From the NCBI GenBank assembly GCA_963702005.1, contig OY969696.1, forward strand, positions 3,264,001 through 3,328,000: 64,000 nt of DNA, in the 5' to 3' direction. The position numbers and the translations under genes were made by a program. Positions within the stretch are counted from its first letter, which is position 1. The number at the start of each line of letters is the position of its first letter. A model generated the notes under the pieces. It saw only the letters and a list, made by a program, of their open reading frames with translations. It was not told where the DNA came from and made no database searches. Positions 20,021-29,315 of this stretch are shown one piece after another. The DNA is from Candidatus Aminicenantes bacterium (GTDB lineage: Bacteria > Acidobacteriota > Aminicenantia > Aminicenantales > JAFGBC01).

Positions 20021-22165
20021 ATGGCGCGCCTCCCCGCGTTTCTGCTCGGCGGCCTGGCCACGAGCTGCCAGATCATCCTGCTCCGGGAATTCGCCGCCCA
20101 ATTCTACGGAAACGAGATGACCTACGGGCTCGTCCTCGCCTCTTGGCTCCTGTGGGGAGGCGTCGGCAGCCTCCTCGGAAATAGGCGGCGGATCAGGCCC
20201 GAGCGAATTCCTTACGGCTATCTGGGTCTGGTCTTGGTTTTTCCCGCCGGCTTGGCCGCGCTTCGCCTCTCCCGTTTTCTTCTGGGGATCCTGCCCGGCG
20301 AGCTGGTCGGCCTCGGCCCGGCCCTTCTTTTTGCGCTGGGGTTGGCCCTGGCGACGAGTCTCCCGCTCGGGCTTCTGTTCGTCGCGAACGCCCGCCGGCT
20401 GGGCGGCGACGTCAGCCGGGTCTATCTCCTCGAATCCCTGGGCGCGGCGGCGGCCGGCCTCGTCCTTCATTTCATCCTCGTCCCGCGCGTCTCCAACTGG
20501 ACGGCCATAGCCGTTTTCGGGACCGTGCTTGCGCTCCTGACGGTCCTTGCCTTTCCGAGCAGAAAAACCATGGCGCTCGCCCTCGCGGCCGTCGGCGGCC
20601 TGGCCGTCTTTGCCCTCATGGACGGACCGAGCCAGAGGCTCGAATGGAAGCCGTTCCAGCTCGTCGAGTCCCGCGACACTCCTTACGGGAAGCTCCAGGT
20701 CGTCCGGGCGGCCGAGCAGGTGACGCTCTATTCCAACAAGCTCAAGGTCTATTCGTGCCCGGACCCGGCCTCAGCCGAGGAAGCGGTTCATTTCGCTCTG
20801 CTTCAGCGGCCTGCGGCAGAGAGAGTTCTGCTCGTCGGCGGCGGCGCCGGCGGAGACCTTAGGCAAATCCTCAAGTATCCGGGAGTACGGATCGAATACG
20901 TCGAACTCGACCCGGAGATCATCCGCCTGTCCCAAAAATACCTCCCTGCAGAGGAGCGCAAGGCGCTCGCCGATCCCCGGGTCCGCATCCACGCCGAGGA
21001 CGGTCGCGCCTTCCTGGGAGGGACGGGCGGCGTCTTCGACGCGATCCTCCTCGACCTTCCCGAGCCGGCCACCGCCCAGGTCAACCGTTTCTACACGCGG
21101 GAGTTCTTCGCCTTGGTCCGGGTCCACCTCGCCCCGGAAGGCGTCTTCGGCTTCCGGGTCCCTTCCGCCGAGAACTACATAGGACGAGAGCTTCAGGACT
21201 TTCTGAGTACGTTGCGGACGACTCTGCGGTCCGTCTTCGCCGAAGTCGAGATCGTTCCCGGCGACACGAATATCTTTCTGGCGTCGGAGCGGCCGCTGAC
21301 CATCGACCCGGACGAGCTGGGACGGAGGATCGAGGCGGCCGGAATCGAGAATGCCTTCGTCCGGCCCGCCCTCCTTTCAGTCCGGCTCAGCCCGACGCGG
21401 AGGACCTATCTTGAAGAGTCCCTCCGTGGCGCCGCGCCCCGCATCAACTCCGACCTGCGGCCCCTTTCCTATTTTTTCAGCTCGGTCCTGTGGAGCACGC
21501 AATTCCGCGGCGTCGAGGCCCGGCTCCTCGAATCGCTGGCCCGGCTCCCCTCTTTCTGGCTTCTCGATCTGCCCCTGATTCTGTTCGTCGCGGCCCTGGC
21601 CGTCGTTTGGCGCCGCCGGAGCCGGCCCGGCATCTTCCTCATCCCGGTCGCCGTCATGGGGCTGACCTCCATCGTCTTCGAGATCGCCGTCATCCTGGCC
21701 TTTCAGGTCTACTACGGCTGCGTTTACGGCCGGGTGGCGTTGCTGCTGACTTCATTCATGGCCGGGCTGGCCCTGGGGGCGACGGCAGGGCGGGCGCGCA
21801 GAGAAGCCGCAATTCAAGATATTTTGGTCTGCCAGGGAGGTTTCCTTATCCTTCTGGCGGCCTTTCTCCTGATTTTGATGAAAACGCCAACGGAAGCCGT
21901 TCTGTTCGGGCTTCTGCTTGGCTTCGGGTTCCTGAGCGGATTGCTATTCGTCGCTGCAAACCGGCTGTATCTAAAGGGCGGGGACCGCTACGGAACCGGC
22001 TACGGTTTGGACCTTCTCGGGTCGTTCCTGGGCGCTTTGGCTGCTTCCTCGGTTCTGATTCCCCTGGTCGGGATGGACAGGCTCATCACCTATTTGATTT
22101 TGGCGAATTCGGCCTGCTTTCTATTCCTTATTCTCGGCCGAGTCGCCAGCCCCGGGAATCGTTGA
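20021..22165 (+). CDS. Membrane-fused spermidine synthase-like SAM-dependent transferase
   Basis: TM blocks flank VLLVGGGAGG, YVELDPEII, EDGRAFL, NRFYTREFF, INSDLRP. Confidence 0.85.
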   Translation: MARLPAFLLGGLATSCQIILLREFAAQFYGNEMTYGLVLASWLLWGGVGSLLGNRRRIRPERIPYGYLGLVLVFPAGLAALRLSRFLLGILPGELVGLGPALLFALGLALATSLPLGLLFVANARRLGGDVSRVYLLESLGAAAAGLVLHFILVPRVSNWTAIAVFGTVLALLTVLAFPSRKTMALALAAVGGLAVFALMDGPSQRLEWKPFQLVESRDTPYGKLQVVRAAEQVTLYSNKLKVYSCPDPASAEEAVHFALLQRPAAERVLLVGGGAGGDLRQILKYPGVRIEYVELDPEIIRLSQKYLPAEERKALADPRVRIHAEDGRAFLGGTGGVFDAILLDLPEPATAQVNRFYTREFFALVRVHLAPEGVFGFRVPSAENYIGRELQDFLSTLRTTLRSVFAEVEIVPGDTNIFLASERPLTIDPDELGRRIEAAGIENAFVRPALLSVRLSPTRRTYLEESLRGAAPRINSDLRPLSYFFSSVLWSTQFRGVEARLLESLARLPSFWLLDLPLILFVAALAVVWRRRSRPGIFLIPVAVMGLTSIVFEIAVILAFQVYYGCVYGRVALLLTSFMAGLALGATAGRARREAAIQDILVCQGGFLILLAAFLLILMKTPTEAVLFGLLLGFGFLSGLLFVAANRLYLKGGDRYGTGYGLDLLGSFLGALAASSVLIPLVGMDRLITYLILANSACFLFLILGRVASPGNR

Positions 22166-22224
22166 CGGACCGGCCTTCTGGAAGGGTTTGAGAACCCAGA
22201 GCTCGAAAGAAAAGAGGAGGGATC

Positions 22225-23505
22225 ATGAAACGGAAAGACTTTATCGCCTGGAACGCGGCGCTCCTGGGCGGCCTGGCCCTACCCCTGAGGGGCCGGCCGG
22301 CGGCCTCGATCGAAGACATCGGCGCGGCGGCCGCAACCGGCGACGAAGATGTTCTCTGGGACGTCCTCCGCGACCAGTTCCTTCTGGACCCCGAATGGAC
22401 CTTCCTGAACTTCGGCGGTCTCGGGGCCTGCCCCCTGCCGGTCCTCAACAGCCTGGTCGAATGGAACCAGGTCGAGGAGCGGGCCCCCAGCGCCGGACAC
22501 GATGAAAAACTCTGGAACGGGGTCAAGCAGAAGTTGGCCAAGCTCCTGGGGAAATCCTGCCGGATGGAGGACCTGGCCCTGATCGGAGGCGCGACCGAGG
22601 GAGTCAACATGATCGTCAACGGGCTCCCCCTCAAGAAGGGCGACGAGGTCATCACCTCGACCCACGAGCATGTCGCCGTCAACTCGGCCCTCCTCAATCG
22701 GATGCAGAAAGACGGAATCGTCATCCGGCTGTTCGAGCCGGACTTGACAAGCGGGCAGGGCAACGTCGACCGCATCGCCAAGCTCATCAACGGCCGGACT
22801 CGGCTCATCTTCATCAGCCACGTTACCTGCACGACGGGACAGCGCTTCCCCGAGATGGAAATCGGCCGCCTGGCCAAGGAGCGCGGCGTCTGGTTCGCCC
22901 TCGACGGCGCCCAGGCCCCCGTCAACGTCCCGTTCGACATCGTCGACTGCGGAGTCGACTTCTACACCTGCAGCACCCACAAGTGGGTCATGGGACCGAA
23001 GCGGACGGGATTCCTCTATGTCCGGCAGGGGTTGCTCGAGACGCTGCGGCCTCAGACCCTGGGCGGCGGGAGCTCCGAGCGTCAGGATATCTGGAAGAAG
23101 GAGCTCGTCTTCTATCCGACCGCCCAGCGCTACGAATACGGGACCCAGAACGATGCGCTTTTTTACGCCATGGGCAAAGCCATCGACTTCGTGCAGGCCA
23201 TCGGCCCCGAACGAATCTGGACCCGCGGCCGCGCTATGGCCGACCGTTTCTATGAAGGGCTTAAGGACATCCCGGGCGTCGAGAGGCTCTCGCCCGAGGA
23301 GGAGGCCTACCGCTCCTGCATGATCGGGTTCAGGATGAAGACGCACGAATTTACGGCCGTCAACGACCACCTTGCCAAGGACAAGATCCGTGCCCGGCCG
23401 GTAACCGAAGGCAAACTTAACTCGATCCGCGTTTCCTTCTTCCTCAACAACCGGATGGAGGACGTGACCAGGATCCTGGATTCGCTCAAGAAGCTGGCCG
23501 CCTGA
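22225..23505 (+). CDS. Class V PLP-dependent aminotransferase-fold enzyme (C-S lyase/isopenicillin epimerase-like), Tat-like signal
   Basis: FLNFGGLG, HEH, DGAQA, STHKW.MGPK.TG; no SufS/IscS catalytic Cys loop seen. Confidence 0.85.
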   Translation: MKRKDFIAWNAALLGGLALPLRGRPAASIEDIGAAAATGDEDVLWDVLRDQFLLDPEWTFLNFGGLGACPLPVLNSLVEWNQVEERAPSAGHDEKLWNGVKQKLAKLLGKSCRMEDLALIGGATEGVNMIVNGLPLKKGDEVITSTHEHVAVNSALLNRMQKDGIVIRLFEPDLTSGQGNVDRIAKLINGRTRLIFISHVTCTTGQRFPEMEIGRLAKERGVWFALDGAQAPVNVPFDIVDCGVDFYTCSTHKWVMGPKRTGFLYVRQGLLETLRPQTLGGGSSERQDIWKKELVFYPTAQRYEYGTQNDALFYAMGKAIDFVQAIGPERIWTRGRAMADRFYEGLKDIPGVERLSPEEEAYRSCMIGFRMKTHEFTAVNDHLAKDKIRARPVTEGKLNSIRVSFFLNNRMEDVTRILDSLKKLAA

Positions 23506-23528
23506 GGAATCGGCGACCGGAGAGAACG

Positions 23529-26500
23529 ATGCCCCCTATCATCCGAGTCCTCATGACGCTCATCCTGTCTCTAGGCATGTCCTCAATAATGCGGTCTGGA
23601 TCCGGGAATGCTGCATCGGAGTTCGTCCCGGAAGCGGAATTTTACGGCACCGGGACATGGGACGCCGCGGCGCTCGGGAACCATCGGGCCGTCCTACGGG
23701 TCGAAAGGAAGGCCGACGCCGTTTTCGCCCGTATCCCCTGGCGGCGGCGCGACATCAATCCCCAGGATAAAGCCGTCCTGGTCTACGACGCGGCGACCGG
23801 CAACCGCATCCTCAACGTATACCGCGCAAACATCAACCGCGAGTTCGGAGATATTATCTTCCAGCCGCAAACCGTTCCGGGCGACTATGACTTATACTTT
23901 ATGCCCTACAAGGCCGAGGGCCGCAACTACCCGAAAGTGACCTATCTCGCTCCCGAATCAACCGCAGACGCCTCATGGCTGACCGCGAACAAGCTCGGCC
24001 CGGAGCTATGGACGGAAGCCCGGGCTCGCCTGCTGCCCGCCGCCCGCCTCCTCCAATTCCAGTCGATCGACGCCTTCCATTCCTTCTATCCGATGGAAGT
24101 CATCGCGACCCGCGCCGAAACCGACGCCCTCCTCGCCAAGCACGCCGGCGCCGACTGCCTCGTCTTTCCCGAGAGCCGGGAGTTCCCGATACGGATGTCC
24201 CGTGACCTCCCCTATCGCTGGGTCGAACGAGGTGCGCCCGCTATCGTCCGCGGCCAAGCCGACAAAGGCGAATACTACGCGTTCCAGGCGGGGCTCTGGG
24301 CGGCCCGCAAAGGGATCGAAGACGTCGCAATCCGCTTCTCCGGCCTGCGCCGAAAGAATGGAGCGGATCTTATTCCCGCCTCGGCCTTCACCTGTTACAA
24401 CCTTGAAGGGGTGGACTGGAAAGGGATTGATTTCAAGCGGACCTGCTCCGTCCCCTTGGGACGCATCCAGGCGCTGTGGATGGGCGTCCAGATCCCGGCC
24501 GATGCCGTTGCCGGCGCCTACTCGGGCGACATCATCATCGCGCCCAAAGGGATGGCCGAGACGAAGATCGGGATCGAGCTTGTCGTGACGGATAAGGTCC
24601 TTTCCGACGCCGGCGATAGCGAGCCGCTGCGTCTATCGCGGCTCCGCTGGCTGAACTCCCGGATCGCCCTCGACGACGGGATCGTGAAGCCCTACACGCC
24701 GCTGGCCGTTTCGGGAAGCACGATCGGCTGCCTGGGACGCGAGGTCGGGCTCTCGCCGTCGGGATTCCCCGAGAGCATTCGGAGTTTTTTCGCGCCGGAG
24801 GTGACGCAATTGCGGACGACGCCGGCCGAAATCCTGGCCGCGCCCATCTCGTTCGCGATCGAAACGGCGTCCGGGGAGGTCCTCCGCTTCAAGGGGAACG
24901 GATTCCGGATCACAAAACGGGCCGAGGGCGCTGTCGCCTGGGAAGCGGAAAGCCGCGCCGGCGATTGGACGCTTTCCCTGAAGGCCCAGATGGAGTTCGA
25001 CGGGTTCGTCGATTTTCAAGCCGTTCTCTCCCCTGCCGCGGCCGTTGATGTTAAAGATATCAGCCTCGAAATCCCGGTCTCGCTCCCCGTCGCCAAGTAC
25101 ATGATGGGGATGGGCGTCAAGGGCGGACTCCGCCCCGCCGAGCTTCAATGGCGCTGGGACGAGACCAAGAATCAAGACTCGCTCTGGGTCGGCGACGCCC
25201 ACGCCGGGCTCCAGTGCGCTTTTCGCGACGAGAATTACGTCCGGCCGCTCAACACGAACTTCTACCTCCTCAAGCCGCTCCGGCTGCCGCCCTCTTGGGC
25301 TAACGATGGGAAAGGCGGATTCCATTTCAAGCCCTCTTTCGACGGCCGCACGCTTCTCATGACGGCGACGAGCGGGCCGCGCGAGGTTCGGGCCGGCGAG
25401 CCTCTCCACTTCTATTTCAGCCTCCTCCTGACCCCTTTCAAGCCCCTCGATACCCGCGCCCAATGGTCCACCCGCTACTACCACGCTTTCAAACCGCTCG
25501 ACGAGATTCAGGCGGCGGGCGCCAACACGGTCAACGTCCATCACGCGACGGAGATCAATCCCTTCATCAACTACCCCTTCCTGCGGCCCGCCGAAATGAA
25601 AGCCTACATCGACGACGCCCACGGCCGGGGGATGAAGGTTAAAATCTACTACACCGTCCGAGAGCTCTCGAACCGGGCCGCCGAGCTCTTCGCCCTGACG
25701 AGCCTGGGCGGCGAAGTCCTGATCGGAGGGCCGGGCGGCGGATTCTCCTGGCTCCAGGAGCACCTCGAGCCCGATTATATCGCGGGCTGGTTCGTGCCCG
25801 AGCTCCAGGACGCGGCCCTGATCACGAGCGGAACATCCCGCTGGCACAACTCTTACGTCCAAGGCCTCGACTGGCTCGTCCGCAACGTCGGGATCGACGG
25901 CCTGTACATCGACGACGTCGCCTTTGACCGGACGGTCATGAAGCGGGTCCGCAAGGTCCTGGAGCGGGGACGGCCGGGCGGGGCGCTCATCGACCTCCAC
26001 TCGGCGAACCAGTACAATCCCCGCGATGGATTCGCCAACTCGGCCAACCTCTACCTCGAACACTTCCCCTATCTCGACCGGCTCTGGTTTGGAGAGTACT
26101 TCGACTACGACTCTCCGCCCGATTTCTGGCTGATCGAGGTTTCGGGAATCCCCTTTGGCCTGATGGGCGAGATGCTCGAGAAGGGCGGCAACCCCTGGCG
26201 CGGCATGCTCTACGGGATGACGGCCCGCCTGCCTTGGGCCGGAGATCCACGGCCCCTCTGGAAGTTCTGGGACGCCTTCGGAATTCAGGACACAAAGATG
26301 ATCGGCTACTGGTCTCCGGACTGTCCGGTCCGGACGGGCCGTCCCGACATCCTGGCCACGGCCTACATCAAGGACGGGGCAACCCTGGTTGCGGTCGCGA
26401 GCTGGGCCAAGGCGCCCGCCCGCTTCCCGCTCATCATCGACTGGAAGGCCCTTGGACTCGACCCCCTCCGGACCCGGATGGAAGCGCCGGGCATCTCCGA

Positions 26501-26591
26501 GTTCCAGAAGGAGAAAAGCCTCCCGCCCGGCGATTTCACGGTCGTCGTCGAGTCGGGCCTCGGCCGCCTCTTTATCCTCAGCGAGAAATAA
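23529..26591 (+). CDS. Secreted DUF6067 / GH123-like putative glycoside hydrolase
   Basis: Signal peptide; LGNHRAV, INPFINYPF, DGLYIDDVAFDR, GNPWRGMLYGMT. Confidence 0.7.
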   Translation: MPPIIRVLMTLILSLGMSSIMRSGSGNAASEFVPEAEFYGTGTWDAAALGNHRAVLRVERKADAVFARIPWRRRDINPQDKAVLVYDAATGNRILNVYRANINREFGDIIFQPQTVPGDYDLYFMPYKAEGRNYPKVTYLAPESTADASWLTANKLGPELWTEARARLLPAARLLQFQSIDAFHSFYPMEVIATRAETDALLAKHAGADCLVFPESREFPIRMSRDLPYRWVERGAPAIVRGQADKGEYYAFQAGLWAARKGIEDVAIRFSGLRRKNGADLIPASAFTCYNLEGVDWKGIDFKRTCSVPLGRIQALWMGVQIPADAVAGAYSGDIIIAPKGMAETKIGIELVVTDKVLSDAGDSEPLRLSRLRWLNSRIALDDGIVKPYTPLAVSGSTIGCLGREVGLSPSGFPESIRSFFAPEVTQLRTTPAEILAAPISFAIETASGEVLRFKGNGFRITKRAEGAVAWEAESRAGDWTLSLKAQMEFDGFVDFQAVLSPAAAVDVKDISLEIPVSLPVAKYMMGMGVKGGLRPAELQWRWDETKNQDSLWVGDAHAGLQCAFRDENYVRPLNTNFYLLKPLRLPPSWANDGKGGFHFKPSFDGRTLLMTATSGPREVRAGEPLHFYFSLLLTPFKPLDTRAQWSTRYYHAFKPLDEIQAAGANTVNVHHATEINPFINYPFLRPAEMKAYIDDAHGRGMKVKIYYTVRELSNRAAELFALTSLGGEVLIGGPGGGFSWLQEHLEPDYIAGWFVPELQDAALITSGTSRWHNSYVQGLDWLVRNVGIDGLYIDDVAFDRTVMKRVRKVLERGRPGGALIDLHSANQYNPRDGFANSANLYLEHFPYLDRLWFGEYFDYDSPPDFWLIEVSGIPFGLMGEMLEKGGNPWRGMLYGMTARLPWAGDPRPLWKFWDAFGIQDTKMIGYWSPDCPVRTGRPDILATAYIKDGATLVAVASWAKAPARFPLIIDWKALGLDPLRTRMEAPGISEFQKEKSLPPGDFTVVVESGLGRLFILSEK

Positions 26592-26666
26592 TTCCGGGGA
26601 CACACGACTTAATTCTTAAGTATAAAAAGGAGTCGTGCGAATTAAGTCGTGTGTCCCCGGAATTAT
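26588..26666. repeat. REP-like palindrome, GGGGACA family, copy A
   Basis: Perfect 28-bp arms ATAATTCCGGGGACACACGACTTAATTC (26588-26615) and its reverse complement (26639-26666), 23-nt loop. Confidence 0.9.
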
Positions 26667-26684
26667 GCCCAGGGAAATGCAACT

Positions 26685-26713
26685 TTGTGAGGACGGCCCG
26701 AATTCTATATAAT
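26685..26713 (+). promoter_or_regulatory. Putative sigma70 promoter giving a near-leaderless transcript
   Basis: TTGTGA-N17-TATAAT, 8 nt before ATG 26722, no Shine-Dalgarno. Confidence 0.55.
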
Positions 26714-26721
26714 GGCATCTT

Positions 26722-27669
26722 ATGTTCGAACCTTATACCGAGCTGGAAAGGCCTAAGCTCCGCGCGCCCGGCGGTTGGGTGGCCGCGGCGCTCGCGGCCT
26801 CCTTGGCCTTCCACGCCGCTCTCATCGTCTGGATCGCCGGCTCCCACGTAACGATCAAGATCTTGGCCTTGCCGTCCGAGGTTCAGGAGGTCCGGATCGT
26901 TCCCAAGATCCCGATGGAAAAACTCGTTCTTCCCAGGGCGGTCGCGCACGCGATCGTCGGGTCCACCGTTTCGGCGGAGACCGCTCCCTCCGCCCCGGCT
27001 AAGGCTTCGGGATCGGAAACCGCCGAACCCGGACCGGGTCCCAGGACCACTTCGAGCGCGCGGGTCCCCATGATCAAAAGCGGCCCCTCCGGCCCGCCGC
27101 CCTCTCCCCTTCCCGAAATCCGGCTTCACCTCGGCTCTCTCTCGGACGCGCGAGGGATCTCCGATTTCATTCTCGTCGTCCCCGCCCCGGGCCAGAAAGG
27201 AACCCCGGGGAAAACGCCCTCGGCGCCGCCGGGCAAAGAGGTCGAAGACCTTTGGGCCTATCTTTATCCCGAGATCCCGGGCGTAGGGGGAGCGGTCGGC
27301 GGCAGGGGCGTCGGCCGCGGCCGCGCCGCCGCGCGGCGCGGCTACGGCGGGCAGCGAGCGGGCGCCGTCATCAGCGTCAAGGACCCGGCCCTCATCGCCT
27401 GGGCCGGAGCGGCCCTGTCCGTCATCATGACCCACTGGAATATGCCCTCCGACCTGCGGACGACGGAGCGGATCCGGGTCGAAATCACGGCCGTCATCCT
27501 GGCGTCGGGAGACGTAACTTCGTTCCATATCCTGAGCTCCTCCCAAAACATTCCCTTCGACCAGGCGGCCCTCGAGGCGCTGCGGGCGAGCGTCCCCTTC
27601 CCCGCTTTTCCGGAGGCGCTCCCCTACTCGAGCATCGAAATCCGGTTTCTGTTCGAGAACAATGGCTAG
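26722..27669 (+). CDS. TonB/TolA C-terminal domain protein
   Basis: N-terminal TM with SLAFH, Pro-rich linker, SSQNIPFDQAALEAL...PFPAFP. Confidence 0.8.
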   Translation: MFEPYTELERPKLRAPGGWVAAALAASLAFHAALIVWIAGSHVTIKILALPSEVQEVRIVPKIPMEKLVLPRAVAHAIVGSTVSAETAPSAPAKASGSETAEPGPGPRTTSSARVPMIKSGPSGPPPSPLPEIRLHLGSLSDARGISDFILVVPAPGQKGTPGKTPSAPPGKEVEDLWAYLYPEIPGVGGAVGGRGVGRGRAAARRGYGGQRAGAVISVKDPALIAWAGAALSVIMTHWNMPSDLRTTERIRVEITAVILASGDVTSFHILSSSQNIPFDQAALEALRASVPFPAFPEALPYSSIEIRFLFENNG

Positions 27670-28738
27670 GAAAGCTCTGCTCGCCGCCGCGCTCCTCTGC
27701 CTCGCCCTCTTCGGCTTGTGCGCCCCGGCCGGGGCGGACTGGAAGCAGGATATCCGAAACAAGCTGGGCGCGACGCCGGACTACGAGGCCGCCCGGCAGC
27801 TGCTGCTCGACGCCTGGCCGAACATCGCCGATGATGATCGCGCCTCGGCCGCCCTACTCCTTGCCTACGTCTTCTCTCGATTGGGGAAGCCCGAAGACGA
27901 ATGGACCTGGATCGAATCCTACTTCGAGACCTACGGCGAACGTCAGAACCTCTACACGTTCCTCGACGACTGGTCCCACCAGGCCGTCATGAGCTATGTG
28001 ACGGGTTGGGCCGTCCGCTACCCCCGGGTCGTGGACATTGCATTCGCCGCCGCGCCCAACGCCCCCACCTCCAGCCCGCCCCGCGAGCTTGCCATGGGCG
28101 TGGACATGGCCCGGGAGGCCTACTTCAAGGTCAGCGACGACCGAGGACCCCTCGTCGGCGGCCTTTTCCATAAAGGCTGGAACGTCCTCGCCATCAAAAC
28201 GCCCTCCTTCGAGCAGGCGGGGACCATCGTCTACAATATGGACCTCAAGGCCGGAACGATCTCCGTCCGCAAGAAGATCCGACTGGACGTGGACCTCATG
28301 GAGGAGGAGCCTCCGACGGCCGTTCCGTCCGACCAGCAACCGCCGGCCGGAAAGGGAGCCGCCTCGGCGGGAGAGCCCGATCTCAAGACCAGAGGCTACA
28401 CGCTGTCTTTGTACCTGGACGATCAACTCATCCTGTCCGGGACGAAATTCCCGACCCGGACCGCGGACTACCACATCAACCTCCCGCCTCTCTTCCCGGA
28501 CGGATACAAGCCCTGGCTTCCGCCGAACCGGCAGACCTCGATGGTCACAAATTCGACGTCGATCCTGAGCGCCATCGGCCTGATCGCCGACCTCATCAAG
28601 GGCATTCTCAGCAAGAAGAAAAAGCAGCCCGCCCTCCTCAAAATCCCCAAGACCCGGGAACGGTCGTTCGCCTTCCTCCGCTACGACAAGGCCGGAAGGG
28701 CCCGCGAGGTCCGCGTCCGGCTGACCCTCCAGTATTAA
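27662..28738 (+). CDS. Exported hypothetical protein
   Basis: Signal peptide, overlap with the upstream gene, host-like codon usage. Confidence 0.7.
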   Translation: MARKALLAAALLCLALFGLCAPAGADWKQDIRNKLGATPDYEAARQLLLDAWPNIADDDRASAALLLAYVFSRLGKPEDEWTWIESYFETYGERQNLYTFLDDWSHQAVMSYVTGWAVRYPRVVDIAFAAAPNAPTSSPPRELAMGVDMAREAYFKVSDDRGPLVGGLFHKGWNVLAIKTPSFEQAGTIVYNMDLKAGTISVRKKIRLDVDLMEEEPPTAVPSDQQPPAGKGAASAGEPDLKTRGYTLSLYLDDQLILSGTKFPTRTADYHINLPPLFPDGYKPWLPPNRQTSMVTNSTSILSAIGLIADLIKGILSKKKKQPALLKIPKTRERSFAFLRYDKAGRAREVRVRLTLQY

Positions 28739-28815
28739 GACTTTGACTTGACACGGCGACTTGATATATCTTATCGAAAGGGCCTTGGAGGAATGGGATA
28801 GGGAAGGAGACCTTC

Positions 28816-29238
28816 ATGGCTGAAGTCAAGATCGAACGAAGGACCTGCGATCGCTTCCGGGTCCCCGGGGCCACGGCCTGCTACCAGAGATATTCCACCC
28901 TCATCCCCAAAAAGGGTTTCGCCGAGGAATTCTGCCCGGTCATCGACCTCAGCCGGGGCGGGCTCCGTTTTCTGTCCCAGAAGCAGGTCAAGGTCAAGCA
29001 GAAGCTCTCGCTCGACGTCACCATTCCCGGGGAGAGATCCCCCCTCCTTATGTTCGGGATCGTGCGCTGGGTCGGATTCAATCCGGGCAAGAGCTATAAA
29101 TACCAAGTCGGCATCCAGCTCAATCCCTACGGCGACAAGAAGGGTCAGAATTCGTCAGAGACGCTGGCCAGGCTGACCGCCATGGAAGAAAAGTACCGGG
29201 CCAAGCGGACCGCCGGCGCGACCGAGCCCAAAGCCTGA
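28816..29238 (+). CDS. PilZ domain protein
   Basis: RTCDR (RxxxR) and DLSRGG (DxSxxG); AAGGAG before ATG. Confidence 0.85.
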   Translation: MAEVKIERRTCDRFRVPGATACYQRYSTLIPKKGFAEEFCPVIDLSRGGLRFLSQKQVKVKQKLSLDVTIPGERSPLLMFGIVRWVGFNPGKSYKYQVGIQLNPYGDKKGQNSSETLARLTAMEEKYRAKRTAGATEPKA

Positions 29239-29315
29239 GCGGCCTCGGCTCATTACACCCCAGCCGCGCCACCCCACTTTTTCTTTAATGAAGCCGGAAG
29301 AGACGAACGACCGCT

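Noticed and set aside
22225-23505. SufS/IscS cysteine desulfurase
   Set aside because: The C-terminal catalytic Cys motif (RxGxHC or SSGSAC) is absent.
24633-26603. 656-aa antisense ORF (also 32244-33833, 55216-57033, 57459-59072, 15187-16422)
   Set aside because: These are shadow frames of well-supported genes, caused by high-GC codon bias, with no family motifs.
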